From sequence record SRR31156797_3941: 57,362 nt of DNA; one strand, 5' to 3'. Shown here piece by piece: positions 30,390 through 39,464 of the stretch. Below the pieces are notes generated by a model that did no database searches, was not told the DNA's origin, and saw only the letters and a program-made list of their open reading frames with translations. Each line of letters begins with the position of its first letter. Within the stretch, counting starts at the first letter, position 1. A program made the position numbers and the translations under genes.

Positions 30390-30616
30390 CTAAATCCTGA
30401 GCGTTGAATATGAGTAAAAAGGGATTTTCCCAGTAATAACAAAAAATTGAAAGTGTAGCTGTTGTTCATCTTAATACACTGCTTAGGTGAACTCGTTTTG
30501 TCGTCAGATTTGACACCCTTCGGGATTGGTATTTTACCGAAGGCTTGAAGTACTCATTTACGTCTGCACCTCCGGTGCTTCACATCTCCTGTAAAATTGG
30601 CTATTGCAGGATTTAG
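30390..30616. repeat. Possible MITE-like element
   Basis: Perfect 10-bp terminal inverted repeat CTAAATCCTG...CAGGATTTAG around a non-coding 227-bp segment with internal hairpins (CCTTCGG...CCGAAGG; GCACC-TCC-GGTGC). Confidence 0.35.
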
Positions 30617-30768
30617 GTGTAACATTTATTTTTTTACGGTAACCTTGGCCTCATCAATTCATGTTTGGCTCACATTACGTCGGTAGTATTTCCAGTCAGG
30701 TTGCGGAACCTATGAGCGGCTGACCGCGCCTGTTCTATCTGAAACTCACTTCCCTAAGGAGGATATTC

Positions 30769-33690
30769 ATGCCACCTGAGAAGGATGTTCGAGTCTGGCG
30801 ACCTTTTTTTATCCGTATCATTCTGCCTTCTCTTTTGGCAATTGCTCTTTTTGCATCAGTTATATTTATGCTGATCATTCCATCTTTGGAACGTTCAATG
30901 ATGGCGGGAAAAAGAGAGACGATAAAAGAACTCTCCTTTGCCGCCTGGTCCATTGTCAACAAAGCTGCAAGGCAGGAGCAGGAAGGGCGGTTAGGCAGAG
31001 AAGAGGCACAGAAACAGGCCCTGCAATACATTCAGTTTCTCAGATATGGAGAGGAAATCAAGGATTATTTTTGGGTTATGGACCTGACTCCCAAAATGCT
31101 CATGCACCCATATAGAGCTGATCTGATCGGTCAAGAGCTGCAGACATTCAGAGACCAGGAGGGAAGGCACCTTTTTGCAGAATTTGTCGATGTTGCAAAA
31201 ACTAATGGGGACGGCTACATCCGATATTTATGGGAGGACAAAAACGACTCAAGTAAAACGGTTCCTAAATTATCCTATGTCAAACTTTTTAAACCATGGG
31301 GTTGGATTATCGGCACCGGCATTTATCTTGAGGATGTTCATGGGGAAATCAGAGCCCTTACCAGTCGACTCCTCATCATATCCCTCACCATAACCGGTAT
31401 CATCGCGGCATTGCTCTTCTTTATAACTAGAGAGAGCATGAAAATAGAGGCCAAACGCCAGGAAAATGAGCATCGGCTGCGCCAGGCCGGTGAAAAGTAT
31501 AAGTCTCTTGTAGATGCCTCCACAGAAGGTGTCATGATGATCATAAAAAAGGAAATTGCCTATGCCAATAAAATTCTGGAAGACATCAGCGGTTATACTG
31601 AAGACGAAATGATGAGCATGGCCTTGGCTGATTTTATCTCCCTGCTGCCTTCTGTGGAAAATCCACTCAGCCAGGTCGATGATATTTTGAACCTGGAAGT
31701 ACAGGCACAATTTGAAGCGCTGTTCCACCACAAGACCGGCTCTACCTTTGACATACTTCTTTCCCTGTCACCAATGGAAATAGGGGGGCAGCAAGGTATT
31801 ATCCTGGTCATTAAAGACATCAGTACTCAAAAACAAATTGATGGCGAGCTTGGCGCAAGCAGGAAAAAATTTGAACATTTGACAGATAATATAAGTGTCG
31901 GCGTTTTTCGCACAACATTTGATGACAACGAGGTATTTGTTGAAGCCAATCCTGCTACAGCCCAAATTTTTGGGGTCAAATCCACTGAAAAGCTTTTCTC
32001 TTTAAAAGTAAAAGATATTTTCAGCAGCCATTCCCAGTACCAGTTTTTCAAACAAACGTTACGTGCCAAAGGGGCGGTCAAAGATATGGTAATAGAGCAC
32101 CGGCGGTCAGACGGTGAATTAACAGCACTCTCTTTAACAGCTGTTCTGGTGAAAAATGCAAGAGGGTCGCTCGCCTATTGTGATGGCTTTGTCGAGGATA
32201 TAACAAAACGCCACAAACGTGAGCAGGAGAGGGAGGGGTTGATCAGTGAACTCCAGGCAAGCCTGCTCTTTCAAAACGAGCCAATTCATAGGGCATATTC
32301 TGTTGCCATACCAACCTGCACGTTGTCCACAACCATCGAGCTTGCCGCCCGCTTTATGACACATGCCGGTTCGAGTGCAATCCTGGTTAAACCCGATGCT
32401 GATAACGACCCTATTGGCATTGTTACTGATAACGATATCCGCGAACGGATGATTGCGGGGAGTATTAGCAGTAAGACTCCTGTTTCGGCCATAATGAGTG
32501 CACCTCTAATAGGTATATCAGGCGATGCGTTAATTTTTGAAGGTATTGTAAAAATGCTCGAGAAAAACGTTGATCACCTTCTGATTCGTGACCCGCAGGG
32601 TGAATATTTTAAGGTTATCAGTGCGAAAAACCTCTTAAAAAACCAACAGTATATCCTTACCAAGCTGATAAGTGATATCGACAGGGTTGAATCACCGTTG
32701 CAGCTTACTTCACTTAGAGACCAGCTGCCTCTGTTGGTGCAGCGCCTTTTTGAAAGCAGTCCTGATGCACGTAACTTGACCCGAATAATTTCTGCCGTTG
32801 CTGAAGCAGTCATGACAAAATGCCTCTCTCTGGCCATAGAGGAGCTTGGACCTCCCCCATGTAAATATGCTTTTTTGGCCCTTGGCAGTGTTGGTCGAGA
32901 GGAGCAAACCCTTGTTACTGACCAGGATAATGCCATTGTCTATGAAAATATTGCTCCTGAGATGGAAGAGGAAGCTGCATCGTATTTCCATAGTATGGGG
33001 GACAAGGTATGTACTTGGCTCGATGATGCAGGTTATGCGCTCTGCAAGGGAGATATCATGGCCAAAAACCCGAAGTGGTGTCAACCTGTCCATATCTGGC
33101 AGGAATATTTTCAGACATGGGTATCAGCCATGGAACCCGCTGATTTACTGGACACTAAAATATTTTTTGATTTCCGCTGGGTACACGGTGACGTGCAGCT
33201 TGTTAGCGATTTGCGGATTTTTCTCAATGAACTCACCGCTAAAAAGCCGCTCTTTTTTTATCATCTCGCCCAAAATTGTCTTCAATCCAAGCCGCCGTTA
33301 AATTTATTTAAAAACATTGTGGTCGAATCCAGCGGTGCACATCGGGAGATGTTCAGTATCAAAAAGGCCATGACCCCGTTGGTTGATTACACACGGATAT
33401 ATGCACTTCGACATGGAATCTTCCAAACCAACACCTTTGCGCGTTTTAATCAGCTGCAGGCAAAAGGCCATCTCAGCAAAAAAGAAAGCCAGGAGCTGAC
33501 CCTCGTCTACAAATATTTACTTGAGCTGCGGTTCAAACATCAAATTCTCGCACTTGGAGCAGGAAATACGCCTGATAATTACATAAACCCAAAACAAGTC
33601 ACCGAAATGGAGCAGGTGTTACTCAGGGAAGCGCTTTCCCAGGTTGCAGATTTTCAGACCAAGATGAGTTTTGATTTTAAGGCGGTATAA
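30769..33690 (+). CDS. Membrane sensor: sCache_2 - PAS - PAS - CBS pair - DUF294 nucleotidyltransferase - DUF294_C
   Basis: TM helix, Cache (DYFWVMD..MLMHPY, KLSYVKLFKPWGWIIGTGIY), second TM, two PAS domains, CBS (GIVTDNDIR, VSAIMSAPL), NTase LGSVGREEQTLVTDQDNA and IFFDFR. Confidence 0.88.
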   Translation: MPPEKDVRVWRPFFIRIILPSLLAIALFASVIFMLIIPSLERSMMAGKRETIKELSFAAWSIVNKAARQEQEGRLGREEAQKQALQYIQFLRYGEEIKDYFWVMDLTPKMLMHPYRADLIGQELQTFRDQEGRHLFAEFVDVAKTNGDGYIRYLWEDKNDSSKTVPKLSYVKLFKPWGWIIGTGIYLEDVHGEIRALTSRLLIISLTITGIIAALLFFITRESMKIEAKRQENEHRLRQAGEKYKSLVDASTEGVMMIIKKEIAYANKILEDISGYTEDEMMSMALADFISLLPSVENPLSQVDDILNLEVQAQFEALFHHKTGSTFDILLSLSPMEIGGQQGIILVIKDISTQKQIDGELGASRKKFEHLTDNISVGVFRTTFDDNEVFVEANPATAQIFGVKSTEKLFSLKVKDIFSSHSQYQFFKQTLRAKGAVKDMVIEHRRSDGELTALSLTAVLVKNARGSLAYCDGFVEDITKRHKREQEREGLISELQASLLFQNEPIHRAYSVAIPTCTLSTTIELAARFMTHAGSSAILVKPDADNDPIGIVTDNDIRERMIAGSISSKTPVSAIMSAPLIGISGDALIFEGIVKMLEKNVDHLLIRDPQGEYFKVISAKNLLKNQQYILTKLISDIDRVESPLQLTSLRDQLPLLVQRLFESSPDARNLTRIISAVAEAVMTKCLSLAIEELGPPPCKYAFLALGSVGREEQTLVTDQDNAIVYENIAPEMEEEAASYFHSMGDKVCTWLDDAGYALCKGDIMAKNPKWCQPVHIWQEYFQTWVSAMEPADLLDTKIFFDFRWVHGDVQLVSDLRIFLNELTAKKPLFFYHLAQNCLQSKPPLNLFKNIVVESSGAHREMFSIKKAMTPLVDYTRIYALRHGIFQTNTFARFNQLQAKGHLSKKESQELTLVYKYLLELRFKHQILALGAGNTPDNYINPKQVTEMEQVLLREALSQVADFQTKMSFDFKAV

Positions 33691-33947
33691 AAAGCTGAAA
33701 AACAAAAATTTAAGCAACGCTAGGTTTCAATCCGCGTTTTCCAGCGTTCAATTCCGTGTTCGTGTTGGTGATCAGTTGCTCCATGCCGGACTTACATAAA
33801 GACCTTGACCTGAAACCGTGATTACTATGAAATTTTTTCCCATATATTTCTCTCTTTTTGCAATGCAAATTAAACATCATCAATTCAGGATGATAGCTTG
33901 GTCTGACCCGATTACCGTAAAATTTAGCTGATACTTTATTCTAGTAC

Positions 33948-34460
33948 ATGAGAGAACATTCAAATAAAGATAAATTACTGGCAGAGATGAGTAATAATTT
34001 TAGGAAACTAGGTCTTGAACTCGATACTCTTCCACCGGTTCTTTTAGACGATGCATCAATTCGCACTAATGTAGATGGCTTATTGGTAAATGTTTGCCAG
34101 CTCGTCGTTCATGCAGCCGGATGGACAGAACTCGCATTGAAATGGCTCAACAAACAGCAGGCGGGGGAGATAGTAGCCCATCCGCAAATGGGTTATAGCT
34201 GGGGCGAACTAAACGACCTTTCGAAATCATTTTATGACGAATATACAGCGACACCCTTCAAAGAGGCCCGTGCCAGATTCAAGAACAGTAATATCTTCCT
34301 TATTGATAAGATCGCAGATAGCGATGCAGCAACCCTTTTCGGCCCCCTTCTACATGACAACTTTACAATGGGGGGCATGATTCACCGCTATATCTCAGAA
34401 CTATACGCCCAAGATCACTACCAGATACGAGCTTGGAAAAAGGGCCTTGGCTGGGTTTAA
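33948..34460 (+). CDS. ClbS/DfsB (DUF1706) family four-helix-bundle protein
   Basis: NKDKLL..., LVVHAAGW.L.LKW, P..GYSWGELNDLSKSFYDEY and C-terminal IRAWKK match the family pattern. Confidence 0.75.
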   Translation: MREHSNKDKLLAEMSNNFRKLGLELDTLPPVLLDDASIRTNVDGLLVNVCQLVVHAAGWTELALKWLNKQQAGEIVAHPQMGYSWGELNDLSKSFYDEYTATPFKEARARFKNSNIFLIDKIADSDAATLFGPLLHDNFTMGGMIHRYISELYAQDHYQIRAWKKGLGWV

Positions 34461-34584
34461 TGATAAAGCCATTTTTCGGCTACTCTTTTTTATTGGCAGT
34501 GCGAATCTAGAATCCGAGATTAATCACCCCCAGTTACTATTGAGTGCAGAGTCTGACACAGTGAACGTCACAGCAAAGTAGTGC

Positions 34585-34605
34585 TTGCTTGCGTCGGCCA
34601 CGGCG
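34585..34605 (+). repeat. 21-bp direct repeat, copy 1
   Basis: TTGCTTGCGTCGGCCACGGCG, 20/21 identical to 35482-35502. Confidence 0.8.
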
Positions 34606-34648
34606 TTTATCACGTCGCTATTATATTTACAAAGAAAAAGGTACCGCA

Positions 34649-35329
34649 ATGTCCACACAAGTAGTTTTTGATAAGTATGCGTCCCAATATGATGATTCAC
34701 GGGAGAAACTAATCCCTTGCTTTAATGATTTTTATAAAATTTCGATTGAAGCGATCCCGTTTAACAAAGAAAAGAATATTGATGTTTTAGATCTTGGTGC
34801 TGGTACCGGTTTGATGGCAGGGTTGGTAGCTTCAAACTATCCCAACTCCAAAATTCATTTAATTGATATTGCCGAAAAAATGTTGTCTGAGGCCAGACAA
34901 AAACTGAAATGTTTCAAAAATGAATTCGATTTTATTATTTCCAATTATTCAAAGGCAGATTCTTTTTCTCAGGATTACGATTTAATCATTTCGTCTCTTT
35001 CAATTCATCATCTGGCGGCGATAGAAAAACAGCGACTGTTTAAAACAATATATTCACATCTTAAGTCAGGTGGCATCTTTATAAATGCTGACCAAGTCTT
35101 GGGTGATACAGAAGAAATAGAGAAAATCTATCGAAGTAAATGGATAGAGCAAGTCACGGAAAGAGGAGCCAATCCTGAAGAACTTAATGCGGCACTTGAA
35201 AGGATGAAAGAGGATAAAATGTCTACCCTGTCCTCACAAATGAAGTGGTTAAAGGAAGCTGGTTTCATAAATGTTAATTGTTGGTTTAAGCACTATAGCT
35301 TTGTCATCTTTAGTGGAATAAAGAGTTGA
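34649..35329 (+). CDS. Class I SAM-dependent methyltransferase (CmoA-like/Methyltransf_25)
   Basis: VLDLGAGTG, YDLIISSLSIHHL and LKSGGIFINADQ; ATG at 34649. Confidence 0.9.
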   Translation: MSTQVVFDKYASQYDDSREKLIPCFNDFYKISIEAIPFNKEKNIDVLDLGAGTGLMAGLVASNYPNSKIHLIDIAEKMLSEARQKLKCFKNEFDFIISNYSKADSFSQDYDLIISSLSIHHLAAIEKQRLFKTIYSHLKSGGIFINADQVLGDTEEIEKIYRSKWIEQVTERGANPEELNAALERMKEDKMSTLSSQMKWLKEAGFINVNCWFKHYSFVIFSGIKS

Positions 35330-35481
35330 CATATATCATACCACAAGTCACTGCAAGGGACCGGAGGGCAACGCGATTTTCCTAAGTTCTGCCATGTTTC
35401 CGAAAACAATTCAATCAAAGCTCAGTGCTGCAAAACTCCACCGGGCCAGAGCTAAGACGATCTTGCTGACTTAATCAAGCT

Positions 35482-35502
35482 TTGCTTGCGTTGGCCACGG
35501 CG
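35482..35502 (+). repeat. 21-bp direct repeat, copy 2, enclosed by a TGCTGAC/GTCAGCA stem
   Basis: TTGCTTGCGTTGGCCACGGCG. Confidence 0.8.
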
Positions 35503-35546
35503 CGGGTCAGCATCGATAACCACTTTTCAAAGCGTCATTGAAGAAT

Positions 35547-35927
35547 TTAATATTGACTCCAATAGCTATCATCGTCATGGATATTCTTACATGGTTCACA
35601 GATAGGAAGTAAATCAGTTACGATTTGCTCTTCTGAGAGCGCATTCTGGACTTCCGCAATCACCTGCTAACGTTCTTTTTCCACCATTTTTCTTTGGTCA
35701 ACTTCACGGACTAATGAGTGTCGTGACGTTATTGGAGCCTGAAAAATTTCAGCCACATTGCTGGAAGATTGTTCCATTGAGCCTCTCTCGTCACTTGAAT
35801 GGTCTGTTGAGCGAGTATCGAGTGCTCCTTTATTACTGGTCAGTGTCGCTTTAATTCCTGCATTGGAACGATGACCTGGCAGATCGACATTAATTATCTG
35901 CTGCCAGGATAAGTGTAGAGGCAGCAT
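35547..35927 (-). pseudogene. Decayed fragment of a signal-transduction gene with an LPICxxCKxIxDDxxYW C-terminal domain
   Basis: Reading through the TAG at 35667-35669 gives EVDQRKMVEKER*QVIAEVQNALSEEQIVTDLLPICEPCKNIHDDDSYWSQY*. The 5' limit is uncertain. Confidence 0.7.
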
Positions 35928-36421
35928 ATAATACCAAGCATGTTAAGCTCGGATCCTGAACTGATCATAGCGTAATGCATTCGGCATTATATGCTTTGAT
36001 CATTTCCAGAACGCCTTCTGGCTGTAGCATGTGTGAGGGGCCTTCTTTTGTCCAGCTTATCAAATGAGTACAGTCGGCACTAAAATTTAATTGCACTTTA
36101 GTAGTCAGGCATGGGAGATATCAGGGTTGACTCCCGCCATGTATTGACAGGTAAGATTGCCGAAAGAAACCATAGAACACAGTAAAATAACGAAATAATA
36201 GAGGTGGTACCACGATATAATATTGAGTAAATGGTATAAGATCGCGATAGTGATAGGGTGAAAAAGTTTAGTGGCTGGTGTGGTCGCGGTTTTAACTCAG
36301 AGCCATGTGTTTAGCATAAATTTAACAAAGGCCACTGAGCAAAACCTGCGCTATAGTTTGCAAAAAAAAACCACCGATCCTGCTTTGGGAGCAGGCCTGT
36401 ACCTTCTTTCCAGGGAGACAG

Positions 36422-37201
36422 ATGAGATTAAAAGGAAAAATTATAAAGTGGCAAAACGATAAAGGGTTCGGGTTCATTAAACCAATTAATGCGATGCCTG
36501 ATTTATTTTTTCACGAGAACTTTCTGCTCAACCAATCCAGAAGACCTGTTGCCGGAGACCAAGTCTCTTTTGAAATAACTACAAACCCAGAGGGCAAACA
36601 AAGGGCGGAGAGGATTTTGTTTCGAGGGGAACGGGATCCGAGGAAAAGAGGTGCGTTTTTTGACGCTGTTTACTCGAGCTTGTCCTGCGCATTTTTAATT
36701 TGTATTGGTGTTCTGGTTTATTTTAAAAATTTGAACCAGGTTATCTTAATCCTGTATTTGTTGTTAAGCCTCACCACATTTTTACTGTATCGGCAGGATA
36801 AGATTAAAGCAAAAAATGATGAATGGAGAACGCCGGAAAAGAAACTCCATTTTTTTAGTTTAATTGGAGGGTGGCCAGGTGCACTGATTGCACAAAGACG
36901 GCTCCGCCACAAATCAAGAAAGCAATCATTTCTGGTGGTGTTTTATATCACCGTTATCCTCAACATTGCTGCCGTTTCGTTTTACTCGTATTCAGGATCG
37001 AATTTGATAATCTACGATTTCTCTATTCATAAATTCAATCAGCTTGCAGAAAAATTCTTTAAAAAAAGTCAAGACAAGCCTAACCAAAAACAAAAAGGAC
37101 CGGTTTACAGTTGGACAAACAAAAAAGGTAAAACTGTTTTTTCAAATATTGGTTTTCCGCTCGATGAAACTTACCGTGACGGAAAAATTGAGTGGAAATG
37201 A
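36422..37201 (+). CDS. Cold-shock domain plus DUF1294 membrane protein with a short DUF4124-like C-terminus
   Basis: KGKIIKWQNDKGFGFI; DK..AK..EWRTPEKKLHFFSLIGGWPGALIAQRRLRHKSRK; VYSWTNKKGKTVFSN. Confidence 0.85.
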   Translation: MRLKGKIIKWQNDKGFGFIKPINAMPDLFFHENFLLNQSRRPVAGDQVSFEITTNPEGKQRAERILFRGERDPRKRGAFFDAVYSSLSCAFLICIGVLVYFKNLNQVILILYLLLSLTTFLLYRQDKIKAKNDEWRTPEKKLHFFSLIGGWPGALIAQRRLRHKSRKQSFLVVFYITVILNIAAVSFYSYSGSNLIIYDFSIHKFNQLAEKFFKKSQDKPNQKQKGPVYSWTNKKGKTVFSNIGFPLDETYRDGKIEWK

Positions 37202-37264
37202 TGAAAATTGGATAAACAATAAACATATAATTACAAAAGCTTAGAAGGTTAAAGGAGGGGAGGG

Positions 37265-37852
37265 ATGAGACAGTATTGCACCATGTTTTTTACTTATGCT
37301 GTGGTTGCACTTGTGGTTTCCAGCTGCGGGTATAACGCTTTGCAACTCAAGGAGGAAGCGGTTTTTAAAGCGTGGGCAGATATTGAATCCAACCTGCAGC
37401 GCCGTGCCGATTTGATTCCAAACCTGGTTGAAACGGTCAAAGGATATGCCAAGCATGAGACAGAGACTCTGGAAGCCGTTATCAGTGCACGTGCTCAAGC
37501 AACTTCTGTGCAGATTCGTCCTGAAGATTTAGGCAATGCAGCTACTATGAAACAGTTGCAGGCTGCCCAGGGAAAGTTATCTTCTGCACTTTCCAGACTG
37601 ATGGTGGTGGTGGAGAGATATCCTGATCTCAAAGCGAGCCAAAACTTTCTTGACCTGCAAAACCAACTGGAAGGAACTGAAAATAGAATAAATGTTGCCC
37701 GGCAGCGTTACAATCAGGCAGTAGAAATATTTAATGGTGCTATCAGGAAATTTCCAGAGCAGTTAACCAATGATATTGTTCTCCATTTGGAAAGAAAAGA
37801 GTATTTCAAAGCAGAAGCAACGGCTAAAGATGTTCCCAAGATAACATTTTAG
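37265..37852 (+). CDS. lemA: LemA family lipoprotein
   Basis: [36 protein letters not shown] and [13 protein letters not shown]. Confidence 0.95.
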   Translation: MRQYCTMFFTYAVVALVVSSCGYNALQLKEEAVFKAWADIESNLQRRADLIPNLVETVKGYAKHETETLEAVISARAQATSVQIRPEDLGNAATMKQLQAAQGKLSSALSRLMVVVERYPDLKASQNFLDLQNQLEGTENRINVARQRYNQAVEIFNGAIRKFPEQLTNDIVLHLERKEYFKAEATAKDVPKITF

Positions 37853-37861
37853 TAAAATATC

Positions 37862-38764
37862 ATGCGCCTGTTGAAATTTCGTAACGCCTCTATAACTGTT
37901 TTTATTGTTGCAGTGTGGAGCCTCCTTTTTTCTCTCCAGGTGGAGGCTCTCACTGTCCCTGAGTTAGAGGGGTATGTCAACGATACTGCGAGTATCTTGT
38001 CTGTCGGCACAAGGCAACTGTTGGAACAGCAGTTGCACCAAGTTGCTGCCCAGGACTCGACCCAAATTATAGTACTCACCATCGGCTCCCTTGGTAATGA
38101 AGATATTGAACAGTATTCTCTAGAAGTCGCAGAAACATGGGCCATAGGAGAACAACAGTTTGATAACGGGGTATTGCTGCTTATTGCTGCAAAGGATAGG
38201 AAAATCCGTATCGAAACCGGATATGGCGTTGAAGGGGTACTGACCGACCTGGTTGCCGGACGGATCATCCGTAATATAATTGTCCCCGAGTTCAGGAAAA
38301 AACAATTTGACCAAGGGGTTATCAACGGGGTTGGCGCAATAATAGAGTCGGTTAAAGGGGAATTTGATATTGCCTCTTTGGAAAAACCAACTCAAAGCCC
38401 TGATCCAGGAGGCTGGATCATAGCCTCTCTGTTTGGCTTCTTTTTTGTCGGCATTACTCTTCAAAAGAAACGAAAAATCGCTTCTGCCGCAGGCGGTCTC
38501 TACGGGTTGGTCCTTGCGCTAGTGGCGCCATTCATCAATACCATTGGCATGATTTTGCTTGTAGCAGTTGTCGGTATGATAGGCGGAGCCATTGCCAGTA
38601 CGGTGATTGTTAAAAGAGGTCGCAGTGGTCGAAAGGGGACAGGGGGCATATTCCCTGGAACTCTTGGCGATAATAATAGCCGAGGCGGCTTTGGTACCGG
38701 CAGTGAGGGATTTGGTGGTGGCGGTGGTGGATTCGGCGGCGGCGGAGCTTCAGGAGATTGGTAA
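37862..38764 (+). CDS. TPM-domain (YgcG-like) membrane protein
   Basis: YVNDTA, DNGVLLLIA, RIETGYGVEGVLTD and a GGGFGGGGASGDW tail. Confidence 0.92.
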   Translation: MRLLKFRNASITVFIVAVWSLLFSLQVEALTVPELEGYVNDTASILSVGTRQLLEQQLHQVAAQDSTQIIVLTIGSLGNEDIEQYSLEVAETWAIGEQQFDNGVLLLIAAKDRKIRIETGYGVEGVLTDLVAGRIIRNIIVPEFRKKQFDQGVINGVGAIIESVKGEFDIASLEKPTQSPDPGGWIIASLFGFFFVGITLQKKRKIASAAGGLYGLVLALVAPFINTIGMILLVAVVGMIGGAIASTVIVKRGRSGRKGTGGIFPGTLGDNNSRGGFGTGSEGFGGGGGGFGGGGASGDW

Positions 38765-38768
38765 TGAC

Positions 38769-39452
38769 ATGACACACGCACAGCGTTTTCTTAATGCAGA
38801 CGAACAGGAACAAGTTAGGCAGTGTGTACAGCGGGCAGAACAGCAGACTTCCGGTGAAATTGTTCCTATGATTGTTTCAGCAAGTCATCCGTACCCAGCG
38901 GCTGCATTGCTTGGCGGATCTGTTCTTGCCTTTTTGTCTGCAATAGTTGTTACTCAGGTACTGGGTCATACCCTGTGGCTGGGCAGCAATCTCCTTTGGG
39001 TCTTTTTAGGTCTGTTTTTCGTATTTTATCCATTAGGCACCTTTCTGGTTAACCGCGTTCCCTCAATTAAAAAGTTTTTTATAGCCGACGATCACAAGGA
39101 AATGGAGGTCCAGCGTGGTGCATTTACCAGTTTTTATGAGAAAAATCTTCATGAAACCAAGGATGCAAATGGGGTACTCATCTATGTATCAGTCCTTGAA
39201 CACAAAGTCTGGATACTGGGTGATCAACAGGTTAACCAAAAGGTGGATTCGGGAACATGGCAAGAAATAGTTGATGAGCTGACCAACGGCATCCAGCAAA
39301 ATAAACAGGGGGAATCGTTTTGCCACGCTATAGAGAGGGTTGCGCTGATCTTAAAAGAACACTTTCCTTTGCAGGCTGACGATACCAATGAACTGCGGGA
39401 TCTAATTATTAGAGGGGACAGACATAGTTGTCACCAATTAGTGGTCCGCTAG
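38769..39452 (+). CDS. TPM-domain membrane protein (third gene of the lemA-TPM-TPM operon)
   Basis: AEQQTSGEIV, GVLIYVSVLEHKVWILGD and HFP...DDTNEL; ATG at 38769. Confidence 0.88.
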   Translation: MTHAQRFLNADEQEQVRQCVQRAEQQTSGEIVPMIVSASHPYPAAALLGGSVLAFLSAIVVTQVLGHTLWLGSNLLWVFLGLFFVFYPLGTFLVNRVPSIKKFFIADDHKEMEVQRGAFTSFYEKNLHETKDANGVLIYVSVLEHKVWILGDQQVNQKVDSGTWQEIVDELTNGIQQNKQGESFCHAIERVALILKEHFPLQADDTNELRDLIIRGDRHSCHQLVVR

Positions 39453-39464
39453 CAGGTACCGGTT

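Noticed and set aside
33710-33910. Possible relic of a REP-associated tyrosine transposase end (AAGACCTTGACC, GGTCTGACCC, minus-strand peptide ..AGKRGLKP)
   Set aside because: The matches are too short and degenerate to support without a database search.
35667-35669. In-frame TAG as a pyrrolysine codon
   Set aside because: It sits where Glu (GAG) is expected, and the surrounding sequence is degraded and truncated, so a simple nonsense mutation explains it.
36197-36214. AATAGAGGTGGTACCACG resembling a T-box antiterminator motif
   Set aside because: There is no recognisable stem I, no following terminator and no amino-acid-related gene downstream.
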